Shown here: piece by piece, positions 62,199 through 64,000 of the stretch
Numbering within the stretch: position 1 is the stretch's first letter
Layout: each line of letters opens with the position of its first letter
Source of the DNA: Squalus acanthias
Taxonomy: Eukaryota
Direction of reading: 5' to 3'
DNA: 64,000 nucleotides
NCBI GenBank assembly: GCA_030390025.1
Contig: CM059432.1
Coordinates: 136,154,001 to 136,218,000, forward strand
Made by a program: the position numbers and the translations under genes
Notes under the pieces: model-generated
What the model was told of the DNA's origin: nothing
What the model saw: the letters and a program-made list of their open reading frames with translations, nothing else
Databases searched by the model: none

Positions 62199-64000
62199 AC
62201 GGAGAGGGTGAGAGAACGAGCTCATCGCTTCACCGAGCGGGCCTTGGATGCTCTGGTTGGCGCGGTGGAGCGCAGAAGATGTATACTCTTCCCTGAGAGT
62301 GGCAGGAGGCCTTTGCCACGCGAGTACAGAAGAGTGTGGAGGGAGGTGGCTCAGAGCGTCTACTCCAGGAGCATGGTGCCCAGGACCCATGTTCAATGCC
62401 GCAAAAAGTTCAACGACCTCACTCGGGTCGTCAGGGTGAGTGGCTTTTTCTCAATACCTCTCCATCCCTCCATCTCAACCTCACTCTATGGCCAGAGGGT
62501 CTTAAAACCCCAATGCACAACACTCATCCAACACCTATGGCCCTTTCATGAAACACACACACACATTCCACACTTTGCATACAGTAAGGGCTATTCACCT
62601 ATGGGAGGCACATCAGGCAAGACCATGGCTGCATACAGTAAGGGCTATTCACCTATGGGAGGCACATCAGGCAAGACCATGGCTGCATACAGTAAGGGCT
62701 ATTCACCCATGGGAGGCACATCAGGCAAGACCATGGCTGTATATTTACTCAGATTCTGTCCTTTTTCTTGCAGGCCAAGCTGGCGCATAATAGGAGACAG
62801 CAGCAACGGACAGGTGGAGGGCGGCCTCAGCTGCAACCCCTCAGCGATCTTGAGTAGCGCGTCCACAGGATTGTGGCAAGCCGGGTGATCGGTCCCGTCG
62901 CCACTGGAGACGCCGACCCCGTTCTGGACAGCAATGGTAAGGTTATCACCTTTTTGTCCTCTGTCCTTCCACTTGTCCCTCACAACACCAGTCTTTGACA
63001 CTTTCAATCCAACTTGCTAACTCGCTGCACTTATTCCTCCCTTACTGCCACCCTGTCCTCACGCTAAAGCCACTCTTGTACCTCCCTGCTTTCAGATGGT
63101 GATTCACCAGCTGAGGAGACGGGCCCTGAAGCTGCCACTGGGAGTGAAGCTGCAGCCGAGGAGGAAGAGGAAGCCGGAGCATCAGTGCCACCCTCTCCCG
63201 AGGAAGCCCATGCCCACACTGGGAACACGCCTTCCCTGGAGGGGAGCAGTGGGGAAGGGTCTGATGAGGGTGAAGCTCCAGGACCCAGCGGGCTGCAGCA
63301 ACGCCATGGGGGTAGGGAAGAACGGGGGCCTTCTCCCCAGAGGGAGAGTATGCCAGAGACTCCTACTGCAATGGACGCAGAGGAGGAGCGGCTGATCGCA
63401 GAAATGAACACCCAGGCGGTGGGCATGCACACTGAGCTCATGGGTGCAGTGGGAAGGGTGCCCGAATGCATTGAGTCACTGGCAAGGAGTGTGGAGCACT
63501 TCGCTGTAGCACAGGCGGATGCCACACTAACGCTTAGTGCTGCAATTCAGTCACTGGCTGCCGTGATCCCATCTCTGACTGCTCTCATGCAGACTCAGAT
63601 TGAGGCCACGCGAGCACAGACTGCTGCCAACCTCGATGGTTCGTTCACATGTCCCCGGGGCTCTCACCGCGCCGCAGCAGGCCAGCAATCTGTTCTCCAG
63701 CAGATTGCTCCGGATGCTGAAGTGCAGCCCCGTGGGAGTGCCAGTGTGTCGGGCGAGCAGGGAGTTGCTGTCCTCTCTCACGATGACAGCATTCCTGCTG
63801 CCAACACTGTCACTTCTCCACTGCACTTGCCACCGCCTGTAGGACAGACTGCTGCCGCCCATGCAGAGTTGGTGCAGTCTGCAGCCGGGCCCTCCAGGCC
63901 CAGAACTGGTCGAGGCCGTCCTTCAGGGGCATCTGCAGTGTCAGGGTCTGATGATCAGCAGCCTTCCACCAGCCTTGCTGCAGCCACTGAGGTCCCATTA
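62199..64000 (+). pseudogene. Harbinger Myb/SANT-like DNA-binding protein gene, exons 62199-62435, 62774-62936 and 63096->64000
   Basis: RFTERALDALV..RR..LF..W.EVA..V..RTHVQCRKKFNDL | AKLAHNRRQQQRTGGG. Canonical GT-AG introns in phases 0 and 1. Exon 3 is open to the window end. In-frame TAG at 62855-62857 and probable ATG>ACG at 62199. Confidence 0.85.
62577..62738. repeat. 54-bp tandem repeat x3 in intron 1 of the Myb-like gene
   Basis: GCATACAGTAAGGGCTATTCACC(T/C)ATGGGAGGCACATCAGGCAAGACCATGGCT at 62577, 62631 and 62685. Confidence 0.95.

Larger units (their letters stand above)
61840..64000 (+). mobile_element. PIF/Harbinger DNA transposon, left part (continues beyond the window)
   Basis: TIR GGGGGAAAAATTAGG. 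Subterminal region matches 16400-16597. Contains a spliced Myb/SANT-like gene. Confidence 0.9.

Noticed and set aside
62187..62888. 233-aa single-exon protein as given by the ORF track
   Set aside because: It reads through intron 1. Similarity to Myb-like proteins stops at the GTGAGT donor and resumes in another frame after the acceptor at 62773.

Overview
Eukaryotic, repeat-dense vertebrate DNA, most likely a cartilaginous fish (shark/ray). The evidence is HE1-type V-SINEs and SacSINE1-like DeuSINEs together with abundant CR1, L2, RTE and Penelope retroelements. I find no convincing host protein-coding gene, rRNA, true tRNA or CRISPR, so the window reads as an intron or intergenic tract. The long ORFs belong to transposons or are low-complexity artefacts. 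Main contents: (1) a near full-length CR1 with an intact esterase-type ORF1 and an ORF2 hit by one stop and one DNA-transposon insertion; (2) a second, decayed and multiply nested CR1; (3) many PIF/Harbinger elements with GGGNNNAAATT-like ends and 3-bp TSDs, including a spliced Myb/SANT-like gene running off the right edge; (4) Penelope elements carrying minimal hammerhead ribozyme motifs; (5) a 1.57-kb TG..CA solo LTR with a 4-bp TSD; (6) hAT-type MITEs; (7) AT-rich unique blocks that may be conserved enhancers. The most notable observation is apparent site-specific targeting of CR1 LINEs by Harbinger elements: the same nucleotide position is hit in separate CR1 copies. A diverged ~135-bp duplicated unit in unique DNA remains unexplained. 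All calls were made by eye with no database searches, and boundaries without a TSD are approximate.
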